The position numbers and the translations under genes were made by a program. Positions 40,371 through 49,053 of a DNA stretch of 64,000 bases are shown one piece after another. This stretch comes from a virus: IMG/VR virus record IMGVR_UViG_3300036823_000156, positions 1 to 64,000 of that record; one strand, 5' to 3'. Position 1 is the first letter of the stretch. Every line of letters starts with the position of its first letter. The notes under the pieces were generated by a model. That model did no database searches. It was not told the origin of the DNA and was given only the letters and a program-made list of their open reading frames with translations.

Positions 40371-41330
40371 TTAGAACGGCGGCGCGCCGCCGGCAGTACG
40401 AGCACCACGCGCACGCCGAGCGGGGGGAGCCGCAGCCGGTTCGGGAGCAGGGGCGGGGGCGGCATCCTCTTCGGCTTCTTCCTCGTCGGCGTCCTCGGGC
40501 GTCACGTTCGGGAACTCGGTGGTGAGGATCATGTCGATGATGTCGTCGTCGGAGTGCCGCTTCAGGGGCTTGAGCTCCAGCGACTTGGCGATCTTCACCA
40601 GCTCGGGCCGCTTGCCCCCTTCGGCCAGCGCGTCCAGCTCCTCGGCCCGCGCGGTGTAGGCGGGGTCGACCTCGGACTCGGCCTCCTCCTCGACCTCGTC
40701 GGCTTCCTCGGCCTCCTCCTCGACCTCGTCGGCCTCGTCCTCGTCCGACTCCTCGGCCGGCGACTCGATGCCCTCTTCGGCCTCGTCCTCCTCGTCCTCC
40801 GGAGCGGCGTGGTCCTCGGTCGGGGGCACCAGGAAGGACTTGATCTCCATCTTGGCGTCGGTCGTCACACCGGTCTGCGGGTTGGTGTACGGCTTGCCCA
40901 TGTTGATCGAGACGACCAGCGCCATGCCGGCCTCGTCGACCTTCAGCGACCCGATCTTGGTGATCTTGTCGTCGCCCCGGGACGTCTTGGTCGCCGACAC
41001 CATCGGGCCGTTCGCCCAGAAGTCCTGGATGTCGGAGTCGCTGGCACCCAGGGCCACCAGGAAGCCGTTGACGAAGCGCGAGCTGTCGTCGGTGACGTTC
41101 TGGTTGTTCCAGATGGACTGGCCGTTGTACTGGGCCTTGTTCGACCCGGTCGCCTCGTCGCATTCCCACACGAAGCGCAGCATGTCGTCGTTGTTCTTGT
41201 TCTTGGACAGCGTGAGCTGCTTCAACTTTCCGCGGTACGCACCGGCCGGACCCTCGAAGGCGGTGAAACCGGTGGCCGGGGTGGACTTGGCGGAAGCGGA
41301 TGAGACTCCGCCGAGTTTCCTACGAGGCAT
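40371..41330 (-). CDS. single-stranded DNA-binding-like protein (DUF669-like) with long acidic tail
   Basis: 'PAGAYRGKLK', 'DMLRFVW', acidic tail ending PPF; adjacent to Sak4-like ATPase. Confidence 0.65.
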   Translation of the reverse strand: MPRRKLGGVSSASAKSTPATGFTAFEGPAGAYRGKLKQLTLSKNKNNDDMLRFVWECDEATGSNKAQYNGQSIWNNQNVTDDSSRFVNGFLVALGASDSDIQDFWANGPMVSATKTSRGDDKITKIGSLKVDEAGMALVVSINMGKPYTNPQTGVTTDAKMEIKSFLVPPTEDHAAPEDEEDEAEEGIESPAEESDEDEADEVEEEAEEADEVEEEAESEVDPAYTARAEELDALAEGGKRPELVKIAKSLELKPLKRHSDDDIIDMILTTEFPNVTPEDADEEEAEEDAAPAPAPEPAAAPPARRARGARTAGGAPPF

Positions 41331-41383
41331 GGAGATTGCCCTCTTTCTGTTGTACGACCCACGGGTTGGGGTGGGGGACTGTG

Positions 41384-42229
41384 TTACTTCTTCGCGCGGG
41401 CGGCCCGCCGGGCGGCGGCACCTGACAGGCCACCGGTCGCGGTCGCGGTCGCGGGCGCGGGTCGGGACTCGCCTTCCGCGTTGAACGCGCCGTTGATGCG
41501 CGCGCTGATCTGCGCCAGGGTGCGGTTGTCGGTGAACTTGCCGAGGCTGTCGGTCCAGTCCTTGGCGAAGTAGGGAGGCCGGGGCTGCCAGTAGATCCGC
41601 CGGACCTCGGTGCCCTTCTCGTTCTCCGTACCGTGTTCGATGATCTTCATGTAGCCGACGCAGGTCATCATGCCACAGACGAAGTTGCTGATCTTGCCCT
41701 TCCCGCCCTCCAGAGCGGGAAGAACGGACTCGTCACCGCCGTCGGTGTCGACGTTCATGTCCTGTGCGGTCATGATCACGTTGCGCGGGTTGTCGCACAG
41801 CTCACCGATCAACCGGCGGGTCAGGTTCTGGTACTCCAGGTGGTCCTGGATCTGCAGGACGTCGAGCTTGCGGGTGCCTTGCGCCGCCTTGCCGAACTCC
41901 CGGGACAAGATCCAGTCGATCGCCTTGGACTGGATGGAGGTGAGCGAGTCGAACAGTGTCCACTCGGGATCACCGTACTCGCCGTCCTCCCACGCCTGCT
42001 TGGCGGCCAGGAACGTCTCGAAGTCGGGACACACGATGATCTTGCCCTTGCCGCCGAGACGGCGGGCCGAGGCGCCCTTGTCCTTCTCGCAGGAGATCAC
42101 CAGATCCGCACCGCCGGCACCAGCGCCGAACACGGTCTTCCCGATGCCGGACTTCCCGTACACCAACATGTTGACCGATACTGGCGTCTCGTCCAGGGCG
42201 ACGGGGGTGGGTGCCTTGCGAGCGGGCAT
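41384..42229 (-). CDS. AAA_24 / Sak4-like ATPase
   Basis: LVYGKSGIGKT, FDSLT, FAKD. Confidence 0.8.
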   Translation of the reverse strand: MPARKAPTPVALDETPVSVNMLVYGKSGIGKTVFGAGAGGADLVISCEKDKGASARRLGGKGKIIVCPDFETFLAAKQAWEDGEYGDPEWTLFDSLTSIQSKAIDWILSREFGKAAQGTRKLDVLQIQDHLEYQNLTRRLIGELCDNPRNVIMTAQDMNVDTDGGDESVLPALEGGKGKISNFVCGMMTCVGYMKIIEHGTENEKGTEVRRIYWQPRPPYFAKDWTDSLGKFTDNRTLAQISARINGAFNAEGESRPAPATATATGGLSGAAARRAARAKK

Positions 42230-42256
42230 GGTGTAGATCCTTCCGGCCGGAGACGA

Positions 42257-42403
42257 TCAGCTTAGCCTCTGCTGGAGAGGCTGGTCAAGCAGGTCGGGCA
42301 ACGTGGCGTCGTCCGGGTGCACGGCCCGGTGCCGGTCGGAGAACATCCACACCAACTCCACCAGCGCGACCACGCATACCAGTACTGCCAACATAAAGTT
42401 CAC
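42257..42403 (-). CDS. small membrane protein
   Basis: Hydrophobic N-terminus. Confidence 0.45.
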   Translation of the reverse strand: MNFMLAVLVCVVALVELVWMFSDRHRAVHPDDATLPDLLDQPLQQRLS

Positions 42404-42690
42404 TGCATCCTCCTCTCGGTATGTTCGGCATTGATCTGATCGACCATCGCACGGGCGCCGACCAGAAAGTCCCGCCACCGGGTCGGTTCGGGCCCCGTCA
42501 TGCCGAAATGCTCGCGCAACTCGGCCACCAGCACATCGTCGCCAGGGTTGCGATCAGGATGCCCGAGAGCCTCGGAGAGTACGTCTCGGAACCTATCTGC
42601 CACGTCCGATGCAATGCGGTGCGCCGCTCGCGAATTCTCCAGCATGGCCAGTAGTCGCTGGATCTCGGCCGACGGTTCGATGTCCTTCAC
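42400..42690 (-). CDS. hypothetical protein
   Basis: GGAG RBS. Confidence 0.55.
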   Translation of the reverse strand: MKDIEPSAEIQRLLAMLENSRAAHRIASDVADRFRDVLSEALGHPDRNPGDDVLVAELREHFGMTGPEPTRWRDFLVGARAMVDQINAEHTERRMQ

Positions 42691-42831
42691 TCCTTCTCCT
42701 TCCCTTCCTCGTCTCGGCGTCGGTTCAGATCCCATGCTGTCGTGCCCTCGTAGCCGAAGTGGATGTGCGGCCCCATGTGATCAGCGGGCAGGTCGCAATG
42801 CAGGTCGCGCAACGCCTCGTAGGCCTCGCAG

Positions 42832-43434
42832 TCAGTCGGCAGCATGCTGCTTGCTCAGCCGGTTCAGGAATACCTGGTACTGCGCGCGGTGTTCGGTGAT
42901 CTCGTGGATGATCTCGGCGACGCCGTCGTCGAACGGACGCGCACGCCACCCGGCGATCTCCCGATCCTTCCACTCGATGGCGTCGACCAGCAGCGCGATC
43001 ACCGCATCGCGCGTGGCCCACCGGTCGTCGAAGACCAGCCGAGCATTGTGTTCCACGGCTTTGTATACGTATTCGCGGAGATCGGTCACTCGGCAGAACG
43101 CACGCCGGTCGTAGAACGCGGCCTTGTAGAAGATCGACACTCGACTGCGACCGAACGCGTCCGTGATCTCCGACCACATCGAATGCTCGGTCGCGCTCTT
43201 GGCCCAGCCTTCAGGTATCGTCACGTGACGAAACAACGTGTCGTGCTGGACGACATCGCCCAGCGTGAATCCGATCTCGGCCAGCTTGTCGCTGCCCTTG
43301 GTCGGCACCTGGTCGGAGTGCACCAGTTGGCGCTGCCCGTCGGCCTCCATGCCGGTGATGTAGCCGCTCTGTCCCAGGGCCAGTAGGCCCACGAAGTTGG
43401 TCGCAGGATCGCGCCCGGACGTGTCCTCGATCAT
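42832..43434 (-). CDS. hypothetical protein
   Basis: 'MEADGQRQLV', 'IFYKAAFYDRRA' conserved-type phage motif. Confidence 0.65.
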   Translation of the reverse strand: MIEDTSGRDPATNFVGLLALGQSGYITGMEADGQRQLVHSDQVPTKGSDKLAEIGFTLGDVVQHDTLFRHVTIPEGWAKSATEHSMWSEITDAFGRSRVSIFYKAAFYDRRAFCRVTDLREYVYKAVEHNARLVFDDRWATRDAVIALLVDAIEWKDREIAGWRARPFDDGVAEIIHEITEHRAQYQVFLNRLSKQHAAD

Positions 43435-43585
43435 CGCCTTCCCTTCCTCGCCAACGAGTCGGGCCGGCACCCCGTTCGAGATGCCGACCCGTACTCACTT
43501 CTGGTTGCTCAGCCGTCGCACTTCGTGCGGAAGCAGCTGGTACACACGTACCCTTCCTGGTGGCACGAACACCCGCAGGGGGTCA

Positions 43586-44440
43586 TCAGTCGTTCGGGTT
43601 GTCGTTGGCCTTCAGGCAGACCACCCACGTGCGCACAGTCTGCGTCGTGTCGGTCGTGTTCTGGAAGGTGACCAGCCAACCCTTGCCGTTCGTGCCGGTC
43701 AGTTCGTCCCTGCTCATGCTGACGTTCACACCGGTCACGCTGCCCGAGCCGTTCCCGACCGAGTAGCCACCGCCGACGGCGACGAAATCGGTGGCGGGAC
43801 CGTTGGCGGCATCCCCACCGATCGGGTAGCCGGGGTCGGTGATCAGGTTGTCATCCGCCGTACCAGCACACGTCGCGGCAACCTGGGCCTGCCCATTGGG
43901 CGGGACCGTCGAGCCGAACGAATTGTGCAGCACGTTGCCGACCGTGGGGTCGGCCGGCAGCACCGACTCGGCGTCGATCTCGACCAGGGCGTGCGTGGCT
44001 GCACCCTCTTCTTCGATCACGAACGTGCCGGCCGCGTCCAGCTTGACCCACGCGACGCCGGAGTTCTCGCTGCCCTTGGTGTAGGCCACGGTCGGGTTGC
44101 CCGGCGCGCCGGTGCCGGTCGCGTGGGCGACGAGCTGGCCGGTGCCGGTCGGGTTGAACGCGGTGACCTTGACCAGGACCGCCGTGGCGCCCGGGTCGGC
44201 CAGACCCGCAGCGGCACCGGTGGCCTGCACGGTCACGTCATGACCGTTGAACAGTGGTCCACCGTTCGGGACGCTGAAACCCGGCACGCGCACGTTGGCG
44301 GGCAGGGTGACGACGTTGGACGGGGCGCTGGCGGTACCGGGCGCCGGGGCGGCGCTGGCCGTGCCGGCCAGGCCGAGGCCGGTCAGCGCGAGGGCGCCGA
44401 CGGCGAGGCCGATGACGGCCCGCTTGCTGATCTTGAACAA
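43586..44440 (-). CDS. secreted / surface protein
   Basis: Signal peptide ending ASA; beta-rich; C-terminal 'AVGGGY...GWLV...VVC'. Confidence 0.7.
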   Translation of the reverse strand: MFKISKRAVIGLAVGALALTGLGLAGTASAAPAPGTASAPSNVVTLPANVRVPGFSVPNGGPLFNGHDVTVQATGAAAGLADPGATAVLVKVTAFNPTGTGQLVAHATGTGAPGNPTVAYTKGSENSGVAWVKLDAAGTFVIEEEGAATHALVEIDAESVLPADPTVGNVLHNSFGSTVPPNGQAQVAATCAGTADDNLITDPGYPIGGDAANGPATDFVAVGGGYSVGNGSGSVTGVNVSMSRDELTGTNGKGWLVTFQNTTDTTQTVRTWVVCLKANDNPND

Positions 44441-44509
44441 GGTGTATCCCTTCGAGTAGGTGATGGTGCGTAGCCCTGATGCTCTAGCGGAGGCTGACTC
44501 TAGCAGAGC

Positions 44510-44716
44510 CTAGTCGTCGGGCGCAACGCCCGGGGGCGCGCTTTGGTTGAACAGCGCGATCGTGATGTGGAACTGGCACAGCACGACCATGTACCGCTGG
44601 ATCTCCCCGCCGATCTCCATGGCCAGCATCTGCTGGGACGTGTCCGGCGAGCCGCACAGGTCGTAGGTGTCGGCCTCGGCGTTGTGGCCGGTGACCCGGA
44701 CGCAGGGGCCGCTCAC
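44510..44716 (-). CDS. hypothetical protein
   Basis: Coupled ORF. Confidence 0.5.
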   Translation of the reverse strand: MSGPCVRVTGHNAEADTYDLCGSPDTSQQMLAMEIGGEIQRYMVVLCQFHITIALFNQSAPPGVAPDD

Positions 44717-44946
44717 TCCGGCACGATCGGGCAGTGGCGGTACTGGTCGATGGCGGTCAGGACCGACGGCAGCCGCATCAGCACGTTGTTCATGCTCGCC
44801 GCGATCTCGGGGGCGGCGGCGTCGGACATCGTCACCGCCACGAACCGCGACACGTTCGGCTCACCCTCGAACTGGACGTCGAGGTAGATCGTGCGCGGGT
44901 TGTGCCGGCCGACCCGGAAACTCACGTGCTCGATGAACTCGCTCAC
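44713..44946 (-). CDS. hypothetical protein
   Basis: 'RVGRHNPRTIY' motif. Confidence 0.55.
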   Translation of the reverse strand: MSEFIEHVSFRVGRHNPRTIYLDVQFEGEPNVSRFVAVTMSDAAAPEIAASMNNVLMRLPSVLTAIDQYRHCPIVPE

Positions 44947-45950
44947 CAGTCCTCCCCGTCGATCGTGTCGGCCAGTACCGAGACCTCGGTCGGGCGGTAG
45001 CCGTAGTGCACCCGGTCATTGATCATCTTGGCCTCGGCCAGACTCATGGCTGTGTTGGCCCACTGCCGGCTGCGTTCACCTCGGGGCAGCGAGACGGCGA
45101 AACCGGTGACGCCGCCCCGACCACTGGGCTTGGTCGGGATGCCGGCGCCGACGGTGCTGAACTCGACCACCATGCGATCTAGCTTGGGCGTTCGTTTCGT
45201 GCGGCCCAGAAGCATCCGTTCCAGCTGCAGGTTGACCGGGTAGTCGTCCTCGGGCAGGTGCAACACGCCCGCGACCGGCTCGCCGACCTTCTCGTAGCTG
45301 TAGCGCTTCGGTCCCCAGATCCGGTCCAGCAGGCTGGTGTTCAGGGTGCCGTACTGCCACTTCGGGTCGTCGCGGCTGTGCGTGTCGCGCTTGGCCCACA
45401 GCGACCACGAGAGGAACTTGCCCTCCTGGTTGTAGCTGATGCCGGTGACGCGCGATTCGTAGCCGGTCGGGTTGAGGCGGCGCTGCAGGCCCTGACCGAA
45501 TTTCTGGGTGTGCAGGTAGAGCGCGCCGAGACGACCCAGATGCAGGTGTGCGGCCAGCGTGTGCTCCGATCCGCAGTTGCCGACCTTGAACTCGATCGAG
45601 GCCCCGCGATGCGCCTTCCACAGCACGAGCTGGCCGCCGACGTTGCCGCGCGGTGTCTCGACCAGGAAGGTGCCGGGTTGCGGACGCAGAGGCGCTCCGA
45701 TGACCCGGTCGCCATCCAGCCGCAGGTCCGACGTGCCCGGAGCACCGCCCCGGGCGCCGCACCGGTCACACACCGCCCAGGCCGCCCGGTCGGTGCCGTC
45801 CACGACGGGCCGGTGCCCGAACAGCCGGCACAGCGGGATCAGCCGGGGCAGCTCGTGCACCCAGAAGCCGACGTCGACCGCGGCCTCGACGCCGCCGTCC
45901 TTACGGTAGTCGGTGGCGAACGCGTAGATCTTCTCGCCGAAGTGCTTCAC
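44943..45950 (-). CDS. hypothetical protein
   Basis: LCRLFGH...CDRCG Zn-like motif; long ORF. Confidence 0.65.
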   Translation of the reverse strand: MKHFGEKIYAFATDYRKDGGVEAAVDVGFWVHELPRLIPLCRLFGHRPVVDGTDRAAWAVCDRCGARGGAPGTSDLRLDGDRVIGAPLRPQPGTFLVETPRGNVGGQLVLWKAHRGASIEFKVGNCGSEHTLAAHLHLGRLGALYLHTQKFGQGLQRRLNPTGYESRVTGISYNQEGKFLSWSLWAKRDTHSRDDPKWQYGTLNTSLLDRIWGPKRYSYEKVGEPVAGVLHLPEDDYPVNLQLERMLLGRTKRTPKLDRMVVEFSTVGAGIPTKPSGRGGVTGFAVSLPRGERSRQWANTAMSLAEAKMINDRVHYGYRPTEVSVLADTIDGEDW

Positions 45951-46303
45951 CGGACGCGCTCGCTCATGTGCAAGGCCTGGTGCGGGTCCTCGACCAGGGT
46001 GTAGTGCGCGCCGCCGTCGGTCGACATGGCCTTCGAGTTGCGCTTGTTCTGCCACAGCGGCGTTCCGCTGATGCCGGTCTGATCGACCCACTCGTCCGGG
46101 TCGTTCGTCAGCGGCGTCAGGTTCTCGTACTGCAGCAGCGCGTTCAGCGTCGGGATGAAGACGGACGCCGACCCTCCACTGTGGCGCATGTCGGCGAACA
46201 CCCGGATCATCTCCAGGTATCCGCGGACCATGTCCGGCTCCTCGCCCAGCAGTGCCAGCTCGCGCTGGGCGTGCTTGATCAGGTTACTGTCGCTCTCGCT
46301 CAC
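45947..46303 (-). CDS. hypothetical protein
   Basis: 'HAQREL', 'HSGGSA', 'LTPLT', 'WQNKR' conserved-type phage motif. Confidence 0.65.
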   Translation of the reverse strand: MSESDSNLIKHAQRELALLGEEPDMVRGYLEMIRVFADMRHSGGSASVFIPTLNALLQYENLTPLTNDPDEWVDQTGISGTPLWQNKRNSKAMSTDGGAHYTLVEDPHQALHMSERVR

Positions 46304-47430
46304 TTCGTGGGCTCCTTCACCTTGAGAAACTTGCTGGACACCGCGTCGACCCGGTGGTCGGCGTACGGGTCCTCCTGGTGGTAGGCGTAGTGCTGGTAGG
46401 ACTCCCAGTCGCCGCCCTGCTCGTGCAGCTCGCACATCTCGACGAACGGACAGAAGACGCACTCGCGCGTGGGGGTCTTGGTGATCGGCAACTCGCCGGT
46501 GCGCACCAGGTTCATGTGCTCGACCTCGTCCTGGATGCGGTCAAGCTGGATCTGGCGCTCCTTGGCGGTGCGCCGGATCGTGGTGCGCAGGAACAGCGGT
46601 GCCGGCTGGACCTTGCTGACCTCGCCCAGCACCTGCAGCATGAGTGCCGCCGCGATGGACTCCAGGCCGTCCTTGGACAGCTTCTTCAGGTCGGCCTCGG
46701 TCCAGCCGTCCAGCCCGGTCAGCGCCGCGATGTAGTGCGGCTTGGTCGGCTGGTTGGTGGCCAGACCCTGCTCGGTGCGCGGCCGGTCGTCGGGCATCCC
46801 CTTGCGCATGAAGTTGTACTCGATGCCGTACAGGGATTCCTTCGGGCCGATCTTGCCCTGGTGCCGCAGCTCGTGCGTGGCGACCGCCCAGTACGACCCG
46901 GCCTGGTCGTCGAGCACCAGGTGCGAGGTCGAGATGGTGGCCGCGGTCTTGTGCTCCATGAGCTTGATCTTGCCGTCAGCGTGGTCGCGGATGACGCCGT
47001 CGAACGTGCCGACGTAGTTGATCACCGGCGAGGGCCGTCCAATGAGGACATGGAAGGCGTACTCCGGTGAGATCACCTCCCACGACGGGTCGCCCCGGTA
47101 GCGCTGGACGTAGCCCTCCATCATGGCCGCGCCCAGCTTCTTCGCATCCACCCACTCGGCCTGTTCCGGATCGCCGGTGCCCCGGTTGTCCCGGATGAAG
47201 GCCAACGTGTCGCCGCAGTAGCGCTCCCACGTCTCGCGCGGGTCGGCGCCCCGGACCATGCCGGGCGGGTAGTACTCGGCCAGCGCGAGGTGGATGCCGG
47301 TGCCGAACCACAGGGCATCCGGCTTCACCGCGTTGGTCCGCAGGCCCATCCGGTAGGACCAGAACCATTGCTGGATGCAACGTTTGAACGAACCGCGCTC
47401 GCTGGTGCGCAGGTAGGGCAGATCGTTCAT
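46300..47430 (-). CDS. Cas4/RecB-like PD-(D/E)xK exonuclease
   Basis: SERGSFKRC, FGTGIH, GTFDG...MEHKT, Q..SY, C-terminal CxxCPFxxxC. Confidence 0.85.
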   Translation of the reverse strand: MNDLPYLRTSERGSFKRCIQQWFWSYRMGLRTNAVKPDALWFGTGIHLALAEYYPPGMVRGADPRETWERYCGDTLAFIRDNRGTGDPEQAEWVDAKKLGAAMMEGYVQRYRGDPSWEVISPEYAFHVLIGRPSPVINYVGTFDGVIRDHADGKIKLMEHKTAATISTSHLVLDDQAGSYWAVATHELRHQGKIGPKESLYGIEYNFMRKGMPDDRPRTEQGLATNQPTKPHYIAALTGLDGWTEADLKKLSKDGLESIAAALMLQVLGEVSKVQPAPLFLRTTIRRTAKERQIQLDRIQDEVEHMNLVRTGELPITKTPTRECVFCPFVEMCELHEQGGDWESYQHYAYHQEDPYADHRVDAVSSKFLKVKEPTK

Positions 47431-47431
47431 C

Positions 47432-47752
47432 TCAGTCTTCCGGCCGCAAGGCGGGGTCGTCGAGCACCTGGTCCTCGGGGACGCCCTTGCGAGTGGCGTA
47501 GGCGTGCCGGGCGTTGCCGCTCCTACACTTCGGGCAGCGGCAGTAGTAGTTGTTGTAGGAGTTGAGGACGCCGTGCTCCGGAGCGTCCGGTGCCCACATG
47601 AACTCCTGGTCGTGCAGCTCGGCGCGCTCGGCCTGGGTGAAGACCATGCGCTGCGCGTTCTCCAGGTCGTCCCAGCCCGGCGGCATCGAACCGGCCCGGG
47701 ACAGAACACGTGCGTCGCGTCGTTTCTCGCGTAGTTCGGCCGTGTTGGGCAT
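47432..47752 (-). CDS. hypothetical Zn-binding protein
   Basis: HG...YNNYYCRCPKC. Confidence 0.6.
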   Translation of the reverse strand: MPNTAELREKRRDARVLSRAGSMPPGWDDLENAQRMVFTQAERAELHDQEFMWAPDAPEHGVLNSYNNYYCRCPKCRSGNARHAYATRKGVPEDQVLDDPALRPED

Positions 47753-47764
47753 GGGTACGCCTCT

Positions 47765-48406
47765 CTAGAATTCGACTTCGCCCGGCTGCAGGACGCCCGC
47801 GGACCGTCCCCGCCGCTTGGTCGACCGGGTGGGGGCCGGGGTCACGCTGGCCCGCACCGCGACCGTCTCGGTCTTCGGCGCGGCGGCGCGGCGGGCGGCC
47901 CGCCGTTCGGCCAGGGTCGTCCGAGCCTTGGCGGGCGTGGACGGCGCGGCGGCCTTCGCAGCGCGCTTCGCGGCTCGCTCCTGTTTCTGCTCTTCCTGGG
48001 CCTTGTAGGCCGCGATGAACGCCTCGCGCACGTTGATCGCGATCCGGCCACGAGGGGCGACCTCGTAGCCGTGCTTGACCGCCCACTGGCGAATCGCGAT
48101 GGCCGAGAATTTGTCGGTGATCTCGGGCGAGGACGTGACCTTGCCGGGCTTTTGGGGCGCACGCTTGGGTTCGCTGGTCGCGTACTGCACGGCGCCGTTG
48201 TGCTTGTCGGTGGCGTCGGCGTACTCCTTCGAGCCGACCCACGCCTGTCGCGCGGTGCTCTGCGCGAGGTGGATGCCCAACTCGAACATGCGTCGGCCGG
48301 TCCGCGACATCTCCAGCCCGGCCTGCTGGACGAACCATTCCGCTTCGTCGGTCTCGATCGGCTTGGGACCACTTTCAATGGCCCGCAGAACCCGTTCCTC
48401 CGCCAT
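47765..48406 (-). CDS. Lsr2-like DNA-binding protein
   Basis: AIRQWAVKHGYEVAPRGRI (Lsr2 C-terminal RGR motif) plus basic tail. Confidence 0.8.
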   Translation of the reverse strand: MAEERVLRAIESGPKPIETDEAEWFVQQAGLEMSRTGRRMFELGIHLAQSTARQAWVGSKEYADATDKHNGAVQYATSEPKRAPQKPGKVTSSPEITDKFSAIAIRQWAVKHGYEVAPRGRIAINVREAFIAAYKAQEEQKQERAAKRAAKAAAPSTPAKARTTLAERRAARRAAAPKTETVAVRASVTPAPTRSTKRRGRSAGVLQPGEVEF

Positions 48407-48436
48407 GCTTTCCTCCCGTGTCGACTGTCAGCGAAG

Positions 48437-48447
48437 AATGTACACTA
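48437..48447 (-). promoter_or_regulatory. (T)TAGTGTACATT repeated motif
   Basis: AATGTACACTA on +, upstream of the lsr2-like gene. Confidence 0.6.
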
Positions 48448-49053
48448 TCGTTGCCAGGCCTCCACGGCGATGACCGCGTCGTCGTTGTCACGCAGCTGCA
48501 GCGAGTAGGTGTCGTTGTCGACTCCCAGCACGGCGTGCACGATCAGGTTTTTGCGCACAATGCCTTCGACCCAGTGACCGTCGACCGACGCCCAGACCTT
48601 CTCGAAGTACAAGCCCTGCGGGGCACGGTGTACGACCAGCCCGTTCGACACCGGCTTCGGCTTCGCCTCCAACTCGGACAGACGCTGGATCAATGGCTTG
48701 GCCCGCAGCCAGTACAGCGCGCTGGTGGCGAAGTGCTCCCGCAACATCTCGTCCGGGCTCCACGAGCGACCCCGACCGCCCAGTTCGGTGTCACGCGCGG
48801 CCACGCACAACATCGCCTCCTGCGTCTGCAGGTAGCCGGCCCGCCGCTCGAACCACGCGATCAGGTTCGCCCGATGTCCCGGCGCCAGCTGCTTGACCTT
48901 CAGCTTGCGTCCGTCGGCCGGGTACCACCACTTCTTCTGCTCCAGCAACTCCAGTGTGCTGGGACGGCCGTCGGCGTTCCAGCCGGACGTCGCGTTCTTG
49001 TAGTCCTCATCCCGGTCGAACGTCACGTCCTCGTAGTCCGTGTCGTCACCCAC
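48445..49053 (-). CDS. hypothetical protein
   Basis: GAAGGAG RBS. Confidence 0.55.
   Translation of the reverse strand: MGDDTDYEDVTFDRDEDYKNATSGWNADGRPSTLELLEQKKWWYPADGRKLKVKQLAPGHRANLIAWFERRAGYLQTQEAMLCVAARDTELGGRGRSWSPDEMLREHFATSALYWLRAKPLIQRLSELEAKPKPVSNGLVVHRAPQGLYFEKVWASVDGHWVEGIVRKNLIVHAVLGVDNDTYSLQLRDNDDAVIAVEAWQR

Noticed and set aside
46300-47430. Cas4 as a CRISPR adaptation gene
   Set aside because: Solo Cas4-like exonucleases near Sak4/SSB genes are standard phage recombination modules; nothing in the sequence links it to the arrays.
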